This document shows, piece by piece, positions 1 through 7,606 of a DNA stretch of 20,000 nt (position 1 is the first letter of the stretch; each line of letters starts with the position of its first letter). The translations under genes were made by a program, and so were the position numbers. The stretch lies in IMG/VR virus record IMGVR_UViG_3300034071_001673. One strand, 5' to 3'. A model generated the notes under the pieces. That model had not been told where the DNA came from, ran no database searches, and worked only from the letters and a program-made list of their open reading frames with translations. The stretch comes from an uncultured virus (IMG/VR IMGVR_UViG_3300034071_001673) (Duplodnaviria > Heunggongvirae > Uroviricota > Caudoviricetes).

Positions 1-128
1 ATAGTTTAAGTGAACTCGAAAATATGCTCCCGTGGGAAAGAGCGACATATGTTGCATTAGTGGCGCAACATGTGAAAGAAGAAAATGATAAGATAAGAGA
101 ACGACAATTACAGAGAAAGAATAAATGA
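1..128 (+). CDS. 3' end of T4 gp51-like baseplate hub assembly protein (partial)
   Basis: Frame from nt 3 reads SLSELENMLPWERATYVALVAQHVKEENDKIRERQLQRKNK*. The (Y)SLxExENMxPWER motif is typical of gp51 homologues. The TGA overlaps the next ATG (ATGA). Not in the ORF track. Confidence 0.8.
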   Translation, partial: SLSELENMLPWERATYVALVAQHVKEENDKIRERQLQRKNK

Positions 129-1477
129 TTGATCGATCAGAATTTATGTCTCCTTTTGCAAAAAAAGGTGATCAGTTAAAAAACGGATTTGCCAAACGAT
201 TTGGTGGCGGAACGTTTGCATCAGCTGATCTAGTTGACATGTTTAAGCCTGATGCATCTCAAATGATGAAAGATGCGGTTGGTACAGACACAAAGATGAT
301 CAACGATATGATTTCATCTGCAATCGACGAAAGGTTGGGTGAGATGCCAGAGAAGGCTGAAGAACCAACATATTCAAAACAAGACATTCAATTTGACCCG
401 AGTCAAATGCCTCAATCGTTCTCTAATTTAGAGGACATTCAAGAGGCAATGAGAAAAACCTTTAATTCTGGTGCACAAGATCCAACAATGCAAAATGCTG
501 CAGCTGCATTGTCAACAACAGACACTGGAACATTAGCTGGATTGGAAGGTTTAGATTTCAATTTCAATGATGGTACGTGGGACTTTCTGCAAAACATTCA
601 GCCAAATAGTGCGCAGGAAGAACCAGTTCTAGAACAAACACAAGTTGAACCATTTGTTCAACCAATTATAGATTCATTAGTAGAACAAGATTTTGTTCAA
701 ACACCGACTGATGACACAGAGCAACCTACACCATCATACATTAATGACAAATTCAATGAAACGTTAGATAACATATATGATGAGATTGAAGAAATAAAAG
801 TCATTGGTAAGACGCAAGATGATACTCTAGATGACATCTATGATGAGATTGAGGATATTACTGTAATTGGAAAAACCCAAGACGAAAATATCGATGATCT
901 TTCTGAAGAAATTGAAAGCATTGATGTTGAGGGATTGACTGACGAAGAAGATATAGAAGATATCTTAGTAAGTGGGAAACGAGAAGAAGAATCATATTGT
1001 AAAAAAGTGTATAAAGATGTTAGTGATATGAAAGAAAAAAATGAAGAAGAGGAAAGTAATAACCCATGGGAAAGATTTAAACGATTGTATGCTGACTTTT
1101 ATGGCGGAGATAATGCAGGAGAAATTTTAAAACAAGTCAAGATGCGAGAAAATGAATATGATGCATCGCTCGAAGAATCATCTGCAGCAGATTTAGATGA
1201 ATCTTCGATGAACCCAATTACATCTGACACACAACAAATTTTAAATGCTAAGAAAGAGAAAGACGATTTAGATGCTTTCTCAGAAATGCTTGATGATTAT
1301 AAGAGTTCAACAGAAGAAAAGAAATCGTCAGCACCAATTGTAATCAATAACAATAGAACAATCACTGCAAAGGCAGCAGACGCAAAAACTGAAAGAGTAT
1401 TCAGTAACGAAAATACTTTCAATCGTCTTGCTGGTGCAGACTCTAATCACCCACAATACATTGGTTATGGAAGATAA
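125..1477 (+). CDS. Acidic 450-aa protein, probable virion/baseplate-hub-associated protein with internal 21-aa repeats
   Basis: Long ORF translationally coupled to the gp51-like gene. It is D/E-rich, has a 63-nt-period repeat at 758-994 and a C-terminal PIVINNN segment. Function inferred from position only. Confidence 0.5.
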   Translation: MIDRSEFMSPFAKKGDQLKNGFAKRFGGGTFASADLVDMFKPDASQMMKDAVGTDTKMINDMISSAIDERLGEMPEKAEEPTYSKQDIQFDPSQMPQSFSNLEDIQEAMRKTFNSGAQDPTMQNAAAALSTTDTGTLAGLEGLDFNFNDGTWDFLQNIQPNSAQEEPVLEQTQVEPFVQPIIDSLVEQDFVQTPTDDTEQPTPSYINDKFNETLDNIYDEIEEIKVIGKTQDDTLDDIYDEIEDITVIGKTQDENIDDLSEEIESIDVEGLTDEEDIEDILVSGKREEESYCKKVYKDVSDMKEKNEEEESNNPWERFKRLYADFYGGDNAGEILKQVKMRENEYDASLEESSAADLDESSMNPITSDTQQILNAKKEKDDLDAFSEMLDDYKSSTEEKKSSAPIVINNNRTITAKAADAKTERVFSNENTFNRLAGADSNHPQYIGYGR

Positions 1478-1500
1478 AAAAAGGGGACCGAAGTCCCCCT
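1476..1500 (-). terminator. Intrinsic terminator after gp32 (UUCG tetraloop)
   Basis: The - strand reads GGGGAC-TTCG-GTCCCC followed by a T-run, between convergent genes. Confidence 0.9.
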
Positions 1501-1528
1501 GAAAACATCTACGGTTTTCTAATCGAAA

Positions 1529-2428
1529 TTACTCAGCAGCAAGTTTCTCGAAGAATGCCATATCGTCATCATCGACGCTGACTTCTTCAGCAGTTACTTT
1601 CTTGGCTGGAGCAGAGCGAATGACAGGAGCGGCTGCTTCCTCATCATCAACTCGCTTGGCGGTTGCGCCAGACACGCCACCAGCACCAAGAACCTTGTCC
1701 AACTTCGCTTTAAGTTCATCATAGGTCTTGAAGTTTTCAGGCTTCAGGAAATCCTTGAGTGAATATGCAGACTTCCAAACCTGCTCAATCTTCGCATCAT
1801 CACCATTCAACAATGCAGCAGGAGCCTCAAACTCCGACTTGTCATAGTTGCGATAGCCTTCGACGTTACGAATCTTGACCTTGAAGTTCGCACCCTTCCA
1901 GAAGTCAAACGGATTCATTGGAGTCTCATCAGCAAACTGCGGCTCAAGTTGCTCCTTGATCTTGTCGAAAATTTTCTTTCCGAACTTGAACAAGAAAACC
2001 TTGCCTTCATTTTGCGGACGCTTGGCGTCAGAGATCACAAGAACGTTTGCAATGTACGTCAACTTGCGCTTTTGTTTGCGAGCAATTTCTTTGTTTGCTT
2101 CGATACCTGAGTTCCACAGAACAGTGTTGTACTCAGAAACAGGATCGGTCTTGCCAAGTGTAGTGAGAGAATTCTCAATGTACCAACCACCTGGACCTTG
2201 GAAACCGTGTGACCAGATTTGTACCCACGGTAGACCATCTTCACCGTCAACGGCTGGCGTATCGAGGAAACGGATAACTGCGTATCCGTTGCCAGCAGCG
2301 TCAACTTCTGGTTGCCAAAAACGCTCATCAACGTTCTTGCCACCACCGTTACCAGCAGAGGATTGCTCAACTGCCTTCTTCAACTTATCAAGAGAAGAAC
2401 TCTTGTTCTTTAGATTTGCTAGACTCAT
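1529..2428 (-). CDS. 32: T4 gp32-like single-stranded DNA-binding protein
   Basis: Motifs DERFWQP, GNGYAVIRFL, HGFQGPGGWYIENSLTTLG, PFDFWKGANFK, YRNYDKSEF, and acidic C-terminus DDDDMAFFEKLAAE. Confidence 0.97.
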   Translation of the reverse strand: MSLANLKNKSSSLDKLKKAVEQSSAGNGGGKNVDERFWQPEVDAAGNGYAVIRFLDTPAVDGEDGLPWVQIWSHGFQGPGGWYIENSLTTLGKTDPVSEYNTVLWNSGIEANKEIARKQKRKLTYIANVLVISDAKRPQNEGKVFLFKFGKKIFDKIKEQLEPQFADETPMNPFDFWKGANFKVKIRNVEGYRNYDKSEFEAPAALLNGDDAKIEQVWKSAYSLKDFLKPENFKTYDELKAKLDKVLGAGGVSGATAKRVDDEEAAAPVIRSAPAKKVTAEEVSVDDDDMAFFEKLAAE

Positions 2429-2496
2429 TTGTATTCTCCGTATAGCGTAGTATTAATGTATATCGACTTGTCCACTTTTTTCATCATCACAACATC

Positions 2497-2525
2497 ATTA
2501 TATAGTATTTTCGTCAGCAAGTAAA
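2497..2525 (-). promoter_or_regulatory. sigma70-type promoter for gene 32
   Basis: TTTACT-17 nt-TATAAT on the - strand, at the end of gene 59. Confidence 0.65.
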
Positions 2526-3106
2526 GTTTCCTTTGTCAATTGCTTATACTTGTCAACGTTCACCGCAAGAAAAGCACCATACTTGCGCACCTTTCTTGAC
2601 ACTTTGGGATAGATGATATCATCTGAAATCTTCTTGTCCCAAATTTGTATAAAGTTGAAGATGTTATTAAGAATCACAAGAGTCTCAATCGTTACATCTT
2701 TTTGGAGGAATGCGACTAACAATTTTGGAAATTGTCCATCTTCAACTTTAAATAAATTGTTAAACTCTTTTGGATCTGGACAAATCTTCTGCAGATCTTC
2801 CAAATATACTTTGCTCATGGAATCGGTGGTTCGTTTCCAATACCGATAAGTTTCTTCAGCCTGGTCTTCAAGCAATGACTTGGTCCAGTTATCATCACTG
2901 TGTACAAAATTAGCAACCAGAAATGGAACCATCTCATCGTCGCGATACTTGCGCGCAAGGCGGTGGAATAGAAACTTGTCACGGCGTTTTTGAAATGCAT
3001 CTACTGATACTCGAGTTTTGCCATCATATTGAAAGAAGTTATAACTCTCTGAAGTGAAATGCAACTTGATGGCTTGATAGATGCAATACAAATCGTATCC
3101 ATTCAT
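2498..3106 (-). CDS. 59: T4 gp59-like helicase loader
   Basis: Y.AIKLHFT..SYNFFQYDGK, F.KRRDKFLF..LARKY and IETLVIL motifs; conserved 33-59-32 gene order. Confidence 0.93.
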   Translation of the reverse strand: MNGYDLYCIYQAIKLHFTSESYNFFQYDGKTRVSVDAFQKRRDKFLFHRLARKYRDDEMVPFLVANFVHSDDNWTKSLLEDQAEETYRYWKRTTDSMSKVYLEDLQKICPDPKEFNNLFKVEDGQFPKLLVAFLQKDVTIETLVILNNIFNFIQIWDKKISDDIIYPKVSRKVRKYGAFLAVNVDKYKQLTKETLLADENTI

Positions 3107-3324
3107 AGAGGCAATCGACTTCCTCGCGGCAAGAATCTCAACTCCATTGCTTCACCTTCAATGATACTCTTTAGAGAATCATTGATCAAACTTGCAGCAA
3201 CTTCAATCTCAAGATTGTTACGCTCGCAGTATGAAGTGATTGCATCCATGTGATCAATCTTTTCTTGAATCGCCAAATTCATGATCATCATAGAAAAGTT
3301 ATTTTTTTCTTCGCGACTTGCCAT
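3103..3324 (-). CDS. 33: T4 gp33-like late promoter transcription co-activator
   Basis: MDAITSYCERNNLEIE...LINDSLKSIIEGEAMELRFLPRGSRLPL. Start placed at the ATG just after the guaC stop. Confidence 0.88.
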   Translation of the reverse strand: MASREEKNNFSMMIMNLAIQEKIDHMDAITSYCERNNLEIEVAASLINDSLKSIIEGEAMELRFLPRGSRLPL

Positions 3325-3325
3325 A

Positions 3326-4348
3326 TTAGATCTCATATTCACTCAAGGAATTGTTCAACTGCTGAGTCACACGAACAAACGTTGTGCGCTTACTCAACTC
3401 TTTCAATTCACTTGCTCCCACATAAGTACATGCCGAACGTAATCCACCCAAAATATCTTGCATAGTTCGTTTTACCTCACCGCGATATGGAATCTCTACA
3501 GTCTTGCCTTCAGATGCTCTGTAATTGGCAACACCACCATTATGCAGATCCATTGCAGTATCAGAACTCATTCCGTAGAATTTATTTCCGCCCAGTGCAC
3601 TCGCTCCGCCTTCCTTATGACCTGCCAACATTCCACCAAGCATCACGAAATCGGCTCCCGCAGCAAATGCTTTCACAACGTCCCCAGGAACGGAACACCC
3701 TCCATCCGCTATGATATGACCCTTGAGACCATGAGCAGCATCCGCACACTCAATCACTGCACTCAACTGCGGGTAGCCGACGCCTGTCTTTTTGCGTGTA
3801 GTGCAAACAGAGCCAGGACCAATACCAACTTTCACGATGTCAACACCGCCGATAATTAGTTCTTCTGTCATTTCTGGTGTGACAACATTACCTGCCATCA
3901 ATACAACATAAGGATAACGATCGCGAAAATGACGAACGAAATTTACAAAGGCTTGTGTATAACCATTCGCAACATCAATACAAACTCTCATGTTTCGATT
4001 TCCGACGATATTATACACTTCATCGAATTTCTTTAAATCTTCGCCAGAAGTGCCAAGAGAATAGATGCTACTGTCTAATCTTCGCGCAAAGTGACTGTTT
4101 AATTCAGACTCACCATAATGTTTGGTCAAAGCAACCATACAATTATGTTTGGCAAACTCTAAATCCATCTCTAGAGTGCCAATACCATCCATGTTTGCAG
4201 CAATAATTGGAACGCCTTTCCAACTGTTGCCACTTCTGAAAGTGAATATTCTTTCTAGATTTACTTCGCTTCTTGAAGAAAGGTTAGAACGTTTCGGAGT
4301 GATGAGGACATCTTTATAGTCCAACTTAACGTCTTCAATAATTCTCAT
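3326..4348 (-). CDS. guaC: GMP reductase
   Basis: [84 protein letters not shown]. Confidence 0.96.
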   Translation of the reverse strand: MRIIEDVKLDYKDVLITPKRSNLSSRSEVNLERIFTFRSGNSWKGVPIIAANMDGIGTLEMDLEFAKHNCMVALTKHYGESELNSHFARRLDSSIYSLGTSGEDLKKFDEVYNIVGNRNMRVCIDVANGYTQAFVNFVRHFRDRYPYVVLMAGNVVTPEMTEELIIGGVDIVKVGIGPGSVCTTRKKTGVGYPQLSAVIECADAAHGLKGHIIADGGCSVPGDVVKAFAAGADFVMLGGMLAGHKEGGASALGGNKFYGMSSDTAMDLHNGGVANYRASEGKTVEIPYRGEVKRTMQDILGGLRSACTYVGASELKELSKRTTFVRVTQQLNNSLSEYEI

Positions 4349-4354
4349 AAAGCC

Positions 4355-4993
4355 TCAATGATAAAATATATGATTGCCAATCTTGCGAATCAGTTTCTTT
4401 TTCTCTGCCCAAGATGGATCAACATAGTCTGCGTGAAAATACTTTGCAGATCCAATTATACCGTACTTCCTGTCTAAAATCAATATAGTCTCAGCAATTT
4501 GCAAAGACTCTTTCCATGCTGCACGATTGCGAATTACTTTCTTTCCCTCACACACCCAAGAGAATTGGCAAGTGCCTTTGGTCTTTTGATAAACTACTGC
4601 ACAAACAGAACGAGGGAATTGCTTGCTCTTTACACGATTCATTGTGACTTCAGCCACGGCAATTTTACCTGCGCGTGGTTCACCCTTTGCCTCGAAGTAA
4701 ATGTTTTTTGCAAGGCAATCAACTTCTCGCATGACGTTTTGCTTTTCGTCATAACTGAGTTTCAAAAATTTCATTTCATGAGACATATCATTGACCTGAG
4801 TGGCAAGATATGAATTTTGAGTTTGGTATGCTGACAATTGAGCATTAAGATTTGCTTCTTGTATTGCCAACATTCTGTATGGGATAAAGATTCCGAAAAA
4901 TATTAGGGAGAATAATCCACCCCACATACAGAACAAATTGTGATTGCGATCAAAATATTTTTCAACATTATGTAATATATCTACTGCATTCAT
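4355..4993 (-). CDS. SleB/CwlJ-like cell wall hydrolase (Hydrolase_2) with N-terminal membrane anchor and coiled coil
   Basis: CLAKNIYFEAKGE...AVAEVTMNRV...FP.SVC.VVYQ...CQFSW...FHADYVDPSW...IGNHIFY. Start set at ATG 4993, downstream of a GGAGG RBS. Confidence 0.92.
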   Translation of the reverse strand: MNAVDILHNVEKYFDRNHNLFCMWGGLFSLIFFGIFIPYRMLAIQEANLNAQLSAYQTQNSYLATQVNDMSHEMKFLKLSYDEKQNVMREVDCLAKNIYFEAKGEPRAGKIAVAEVTMNRVKSKQFPRSVCAVVYQKTKGTCQFSWVCEGKKVIRNRAAWKESLQIAETILILDRKYGIIGSAKYFHADYVDPSWAEKKKLIRKIGNHIFYH

Positions 4994-5020
4994 GTTAGTT
5001 GCCTCCATTATTGCAGTGGA

Positions 5021-5051
5021 AAGAAAAGGTTGGTGGTTCGCACCACCAACC
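5021..5051 (-). terminator. Hairpin/terminator at the 3' end of the tmRNA coding piece
   Basis: GGTTGGTGG-TGCGAA-CCACCAACC followed by TTTTCTTT on the - strand. Confidence 0.65.
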
Positions 5052-5332
5052 CAGACCTTTCTGTTACCAAGCGGTCAACTCTGGTAATCTCATACTGCAA
5101 TTAAGCAGCGAGAGCCATTTCGAAGTAATCGTCGTTTGCGTTTACTTTGTTTGCGCTGATTAAGTCAGTCGCCTCACTGGTTGCTGTCAGGTTATTACTT
5201 GCCCTGTCGAAGCCAAATTCATCCCCATAAGATAGCCACCACGTACATTAATGCAGAGGTGATGGGCATTTGGTGGAGATGTCGGGGGTCGAACCCGAGT
5301 CCAGAACACCTTTAATTGTCAGTTTACAACCA
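5025..5332 (-). ncRNA. ssrA: Circularly permuted two-piece tmRNA
   Basis: The acceptor piece comes first (~5332-5271), ending in a T-arm TCGGG-TTCGACC-CCCGA then CATCTCC-ACCA. A 44-nt intervening segment (5270-5227) follows. The coding piece starts GGGGATGAATTTGGCTTCGAC at 5226. The acceptor stem has G3.U70. The tag frame 5139-5101 reads ANDDYFEMALAA*. Outer boundaries are approximate. Confidence 0.93.
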
Positions 5333-5491
5333 TTAATCAACTAGAAACTGTGGCTTTGTCTGTTCATTCAATGATTTCTGTTGCTCTTCAAGATACTTCT
5401 TGTATTGCTCAGATGTCATTGCATGCAAACCAATGCAATAGCCAGTCGGACTGCGTCCGCATGCGCATGGATATTGTTTCACTTCAGACAT
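5333..5491 (-). CDS. 52-aa CDGSH-like (putative Fe-S/metal-binding) mini-protein
   Basis: MSEVKQYPCACGRSPTGYCIGLHAMTSEQYKKYLEEQQKSLNEQTKPQFLVD*, with a C-x-C-G-R-S-x4-C-x-G-x-H ligand pattern and a GGGAG RBS. Absent from the ORF track. Confidence 0.75.
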   Translation of the reverse strand: MSEVKQYPCACGRSPTGYCIGLHAMTSEQYKKYLEEQQKSLNEQTKPQFLVD

Positions 5492-5526
5492 ATTATACTC
5501 CCAATAATAGAAAAAGGTAGTATTAT

Positions 5527-6039
5527 TTAGCCAGCAAGAACTTTTGCGACTGAATTGACAACAGCAGCAATTCGACCAATGTCGCGGAGTTGCTCAACTG
5601 TCATACCCTCTTTCTTGAGAGTATCATAGTGAGCCTTGACACAGAATTGGCATTTGCCTACGATTGAGGCAGCGAGAGAGTATGCTTCAAAATTGACCTT
5701 TGAAGTGCCACCATGATTGATGATTCCGTTCATACGAAGTAATGCAGGAAGTCCCTTCAATGCAGGATCTTCTACCATTTCAATGTATGGATACCAAACA
5801 TTATTCTGTGCCATAATAGAGGCAGCAGTCAACGCAGCGTCGGCTTCCTTACGATCCTCAAACTCTGCGTCGATTGCTGTTGCTAATCGAGAATTTCCTG
5901 CAGCGAATGCCGCTGCAAGTGCGCATCCTTGCGCAACCAAAGGGTCAAGTGAACTGCGAAGCAGAACTGCATCAAGATTCAATCTTGTATCTTTTGCATA
6001 TTCTGGTAAACCTTCTTTAACTACATTGACCCAATTCAT
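5527..6039 (-). CDS. ahpD: Alkyl hydroperoxide reductase AhpD
   Basis: LPEYAKDTRLNL, AASIMAQNNVWYPY, LRMN, and FEAYSLAASIVGKCQFCVKAH (CxxC..H active site). Confidence 0.95.
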   Translation of the reverse strand: MNWVNVVKEGLPEYAKDTRLNLDAVLLRSSLDPLVAQGCALAAAFAAGNSRLATAIDAEFEDRKEADAALTAASIMAQNNVWYPYIEMVEDPALKGLPALLRMNGIINHGGTSKVNFEAYSLAASIVGKCQFCVKAHYDTLKKEGMTVEQLRDIGRIAAVVNSVAKVLAG

Positions 6040-6040
6040 A

Positions 6041-6289
6041 TTAAGCGTCCTTTGGTACTTCTGCGCAGCGTGAGAACAAATAGGCTTTTGCTTGACGCAT
6101 TTCTGAGTTGCTCAAAAAGCCATCTTGATTTTTGTCTGCTCTTTCAAACAAACCACTCGTTACTGTGCAGTAACGATTTACATCTTCAAATGAAACTTTG
6201 CCGTCCTTGTCAAAGTCATACTGAGCCACACGATCTTGAGCCATCGCTGGCGCAGATAACATCATCAATCCAATGATTAGTTTTTTCAT
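6041..6289 (-). CDS. Secreted EF-hand protein
   Basis: Signal peptide MKKLIIGLMMLSAPAMA and two EF-hand loops, DFDKDGKVSFED and DKNQDGFLSNSE. Confidence 0.85.
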   Translation of the reverse strand: MKKLIIGLMMLSAPAMAQDRVAQYDFDKDGKVSFEDVNRYCTVTSGLFERADKNQDGFLSNSEMRQAKAYLFSRCAEVPKDA

Positions 6290-6304
6290 TTAAGTTTCTT
6301 TCCT

Positions 6305-6886
6305 TTATTTTGAGAGAGTTGCTTCACCAACCTGACGATTGCACTGGCAAAGTTCACCCGTCTGCAATGCATCGAGGATACGAAGTGTTTCCTCAGGATT
6401 GCGTCCGACGTTTAGATTATTCACAGTGACATGCTGAATGATTCCATCTGGATCAACGATAAACGTTGCGCGAAGAGCAGCACCTGCTGGCTTGTAGAAC
6501 ACACCGAGTTGCTGAACGAGGCTGTTTGTATCTTCATCCCATACATCTTCAAGATCGCGTGCTGTGTCAGCAAAGAACCAGCAAGTGGTTTTCTTGAGAT
6601 CTTCGTGAGCATTTTTCCATGCCAACTTACAGAATTCGTTGTCTGTTGAACCGATCAAAAGAACCGCATCGCGGTCAGCGAAATCTTTGTTCAACTTATC
6701 ATAGGCAACAATTTCTGTTGGGCAAACAAAGGTGAAGTCCTTTGGATAAAACACAACGACCTTCCATTTGCCTTCAAAAGAAAGATCTGTAATAGTTTCA
6801 AAAGCATTATCTGGAGTGAGAGCACCAGGCTTGACACCAGTAACTGCGAAATTCTTTACCTTATCTCCAACTGTCTTCATGTTCAA
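6305..6886 (-). CDS. ahpC: Peroxiredoxin AhpC
   Basis: FYPKDFTFVCPTE (peroxidatic Cys), RATFIVDPDG, VGRNPEETLRILDALQTGELCQCN. The start may be the second ATG (6880). Confidence 0.96.
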   Translation of the reverse strand: MNMKTVGDKVKNFAVTGVKPGALTPDNAFETITDLSFEGKWKVVVFYPKDFTFVCPTEIVAYDKLNKDFADRDAVLLIGSTDNEFCKLAWKNAHEDLKKTTCWFFADTARDLEDVWDEDTNSLVQQLGVFYKPAGAALRATFIVDPDGIIQHVTVNNLNVGRNPEETLRILDALQTGELCQCNRQVGEATLSK

Positions 6887-6968
6887 ACTCCTGTATAATG
6901 AAAACCTATACGAAACCTATACGAGTAATTATATATGACAAAAGATGCCTCTGTCGCATCTTTTTGCG

Positions 6969-7005
6969 ATAATTTAATTCAATAGAAATGATTGATAGAG
7001 GCTAT
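6969..7005 (-). promoter_or_regulatory. OxyR-type binding site upstream of ahpC
   Basis: The - strand reads ATAG-N7-CAAT-N7-ATTG-N7-TTAT versus the consensus ATAG-N7-CTAT-N7-ATAG-N7-CTAT (13/16 with exact spacing). TATAAT lies at 6928-6933. Confidence 0.72.
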
Positions 7006-7169
7006 TAGGCGACGAGATTATACTCTTCGCGGAGAATCTTCTTGTATGGTTTGCCTTCTTTGATCAATTGCTCGACAAGAGCGAGACGATCACGCAATTC
7101 CCAACGACCATCTCGCTGTAGTGCTTCGATGATCACACTCAATTCATAATCATTAATTGGCAGGTCCAT
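7005..7169 (-). CDS. Small hypothetical protein
   Basis: MDLPINDYELSVIIEALQRDGRWELRDRL...; start chosen after GAGGA, overlapping the stop of the upstream gene. Confidence 0.6.
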   Translation of the reverse strand: MDLPINDYELSVIIEALQRDGRWELRDRLALVEQLIKEGKPYKKILREEYNLVA

Positions 7170-7554
7170 AATATCCATCCTCATATGCTTCACGTTCAAG
7201 TTCACGTTGTTGACGATTCAATCGACTCACGCAACCAGAAATCCACTGGTTGCGCAAATTTCTATCATAATCATATCGATGAGGAACTCGGTGTTGACAC
7301 CATCTTCGAAAGTCATGATGATCTAATCTCGAGAATTCGTCTCGATAATTTGAATTCAAGACTTGATCACCCATATTGTAGCCAAGAATCGCGCCAATTA
7401 CAGTCGCAGCCTTACGACCATCACCGTCGCCGATAGTGCTGCCAAGTGCGCCGCCAGCAATTGCACCCAACACTTGTTCCGTACTTTGAGCGTTTGCTAC
7501 GATGCTTGAGCAACCAAGCAGGAGGGTGGCAGTGATAGCAGGAAAACATTTCAT
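7153..7554 (-). CDS. Glycine-zipper 2TM envelope protein
   Basis: Hydrophobic N-terminal signal, then LGAIAGGALGSTIGDGDGRKAATVIGAILG. Confidence 0.85.
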   Translation of the reverse strand: MKCFPAITATLLLGCSSIVANAQSTEQVLGAIAGGALGSTIGDGDGRKAATVIGAILGYNMGDQVLNSNYRDEFSRLDHHDFRRWCQHRVPHRYDYDRNLRNQWISGCVSRLNRQQRELEREAYEDGYYGPAN

Positions 7555-7577
7555 TTAACTCTCCAACTGATAGGATT

Positions 7578-7606
7578 ATTATACTAAATTACACAAGCAA
7601 AGGCAA
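7578..7606 (-). promoter_or_regulatory. sigma70-type promoter
   Basis: TTGCCT-17 nt-TATAAT. Confidence 0.7.

Noticed and set aside
1875..2450. 191-aa + strand ORF, and the other + strand ORFs antisense to identified genes (e.g. 3458-3859, 8346-8843, 16364-16786, 17635-18117)
   Set aside because: They are shadow frames opposite well-supported - strand genes or tRNAs, with no recognisable motifs.
2429..2496. T4 gene 32-type autoregulatory pseudoknot in the leader
   Set aside because: The leader is A/T-rich, but I could not draw a convincing pseudoknot by eye.
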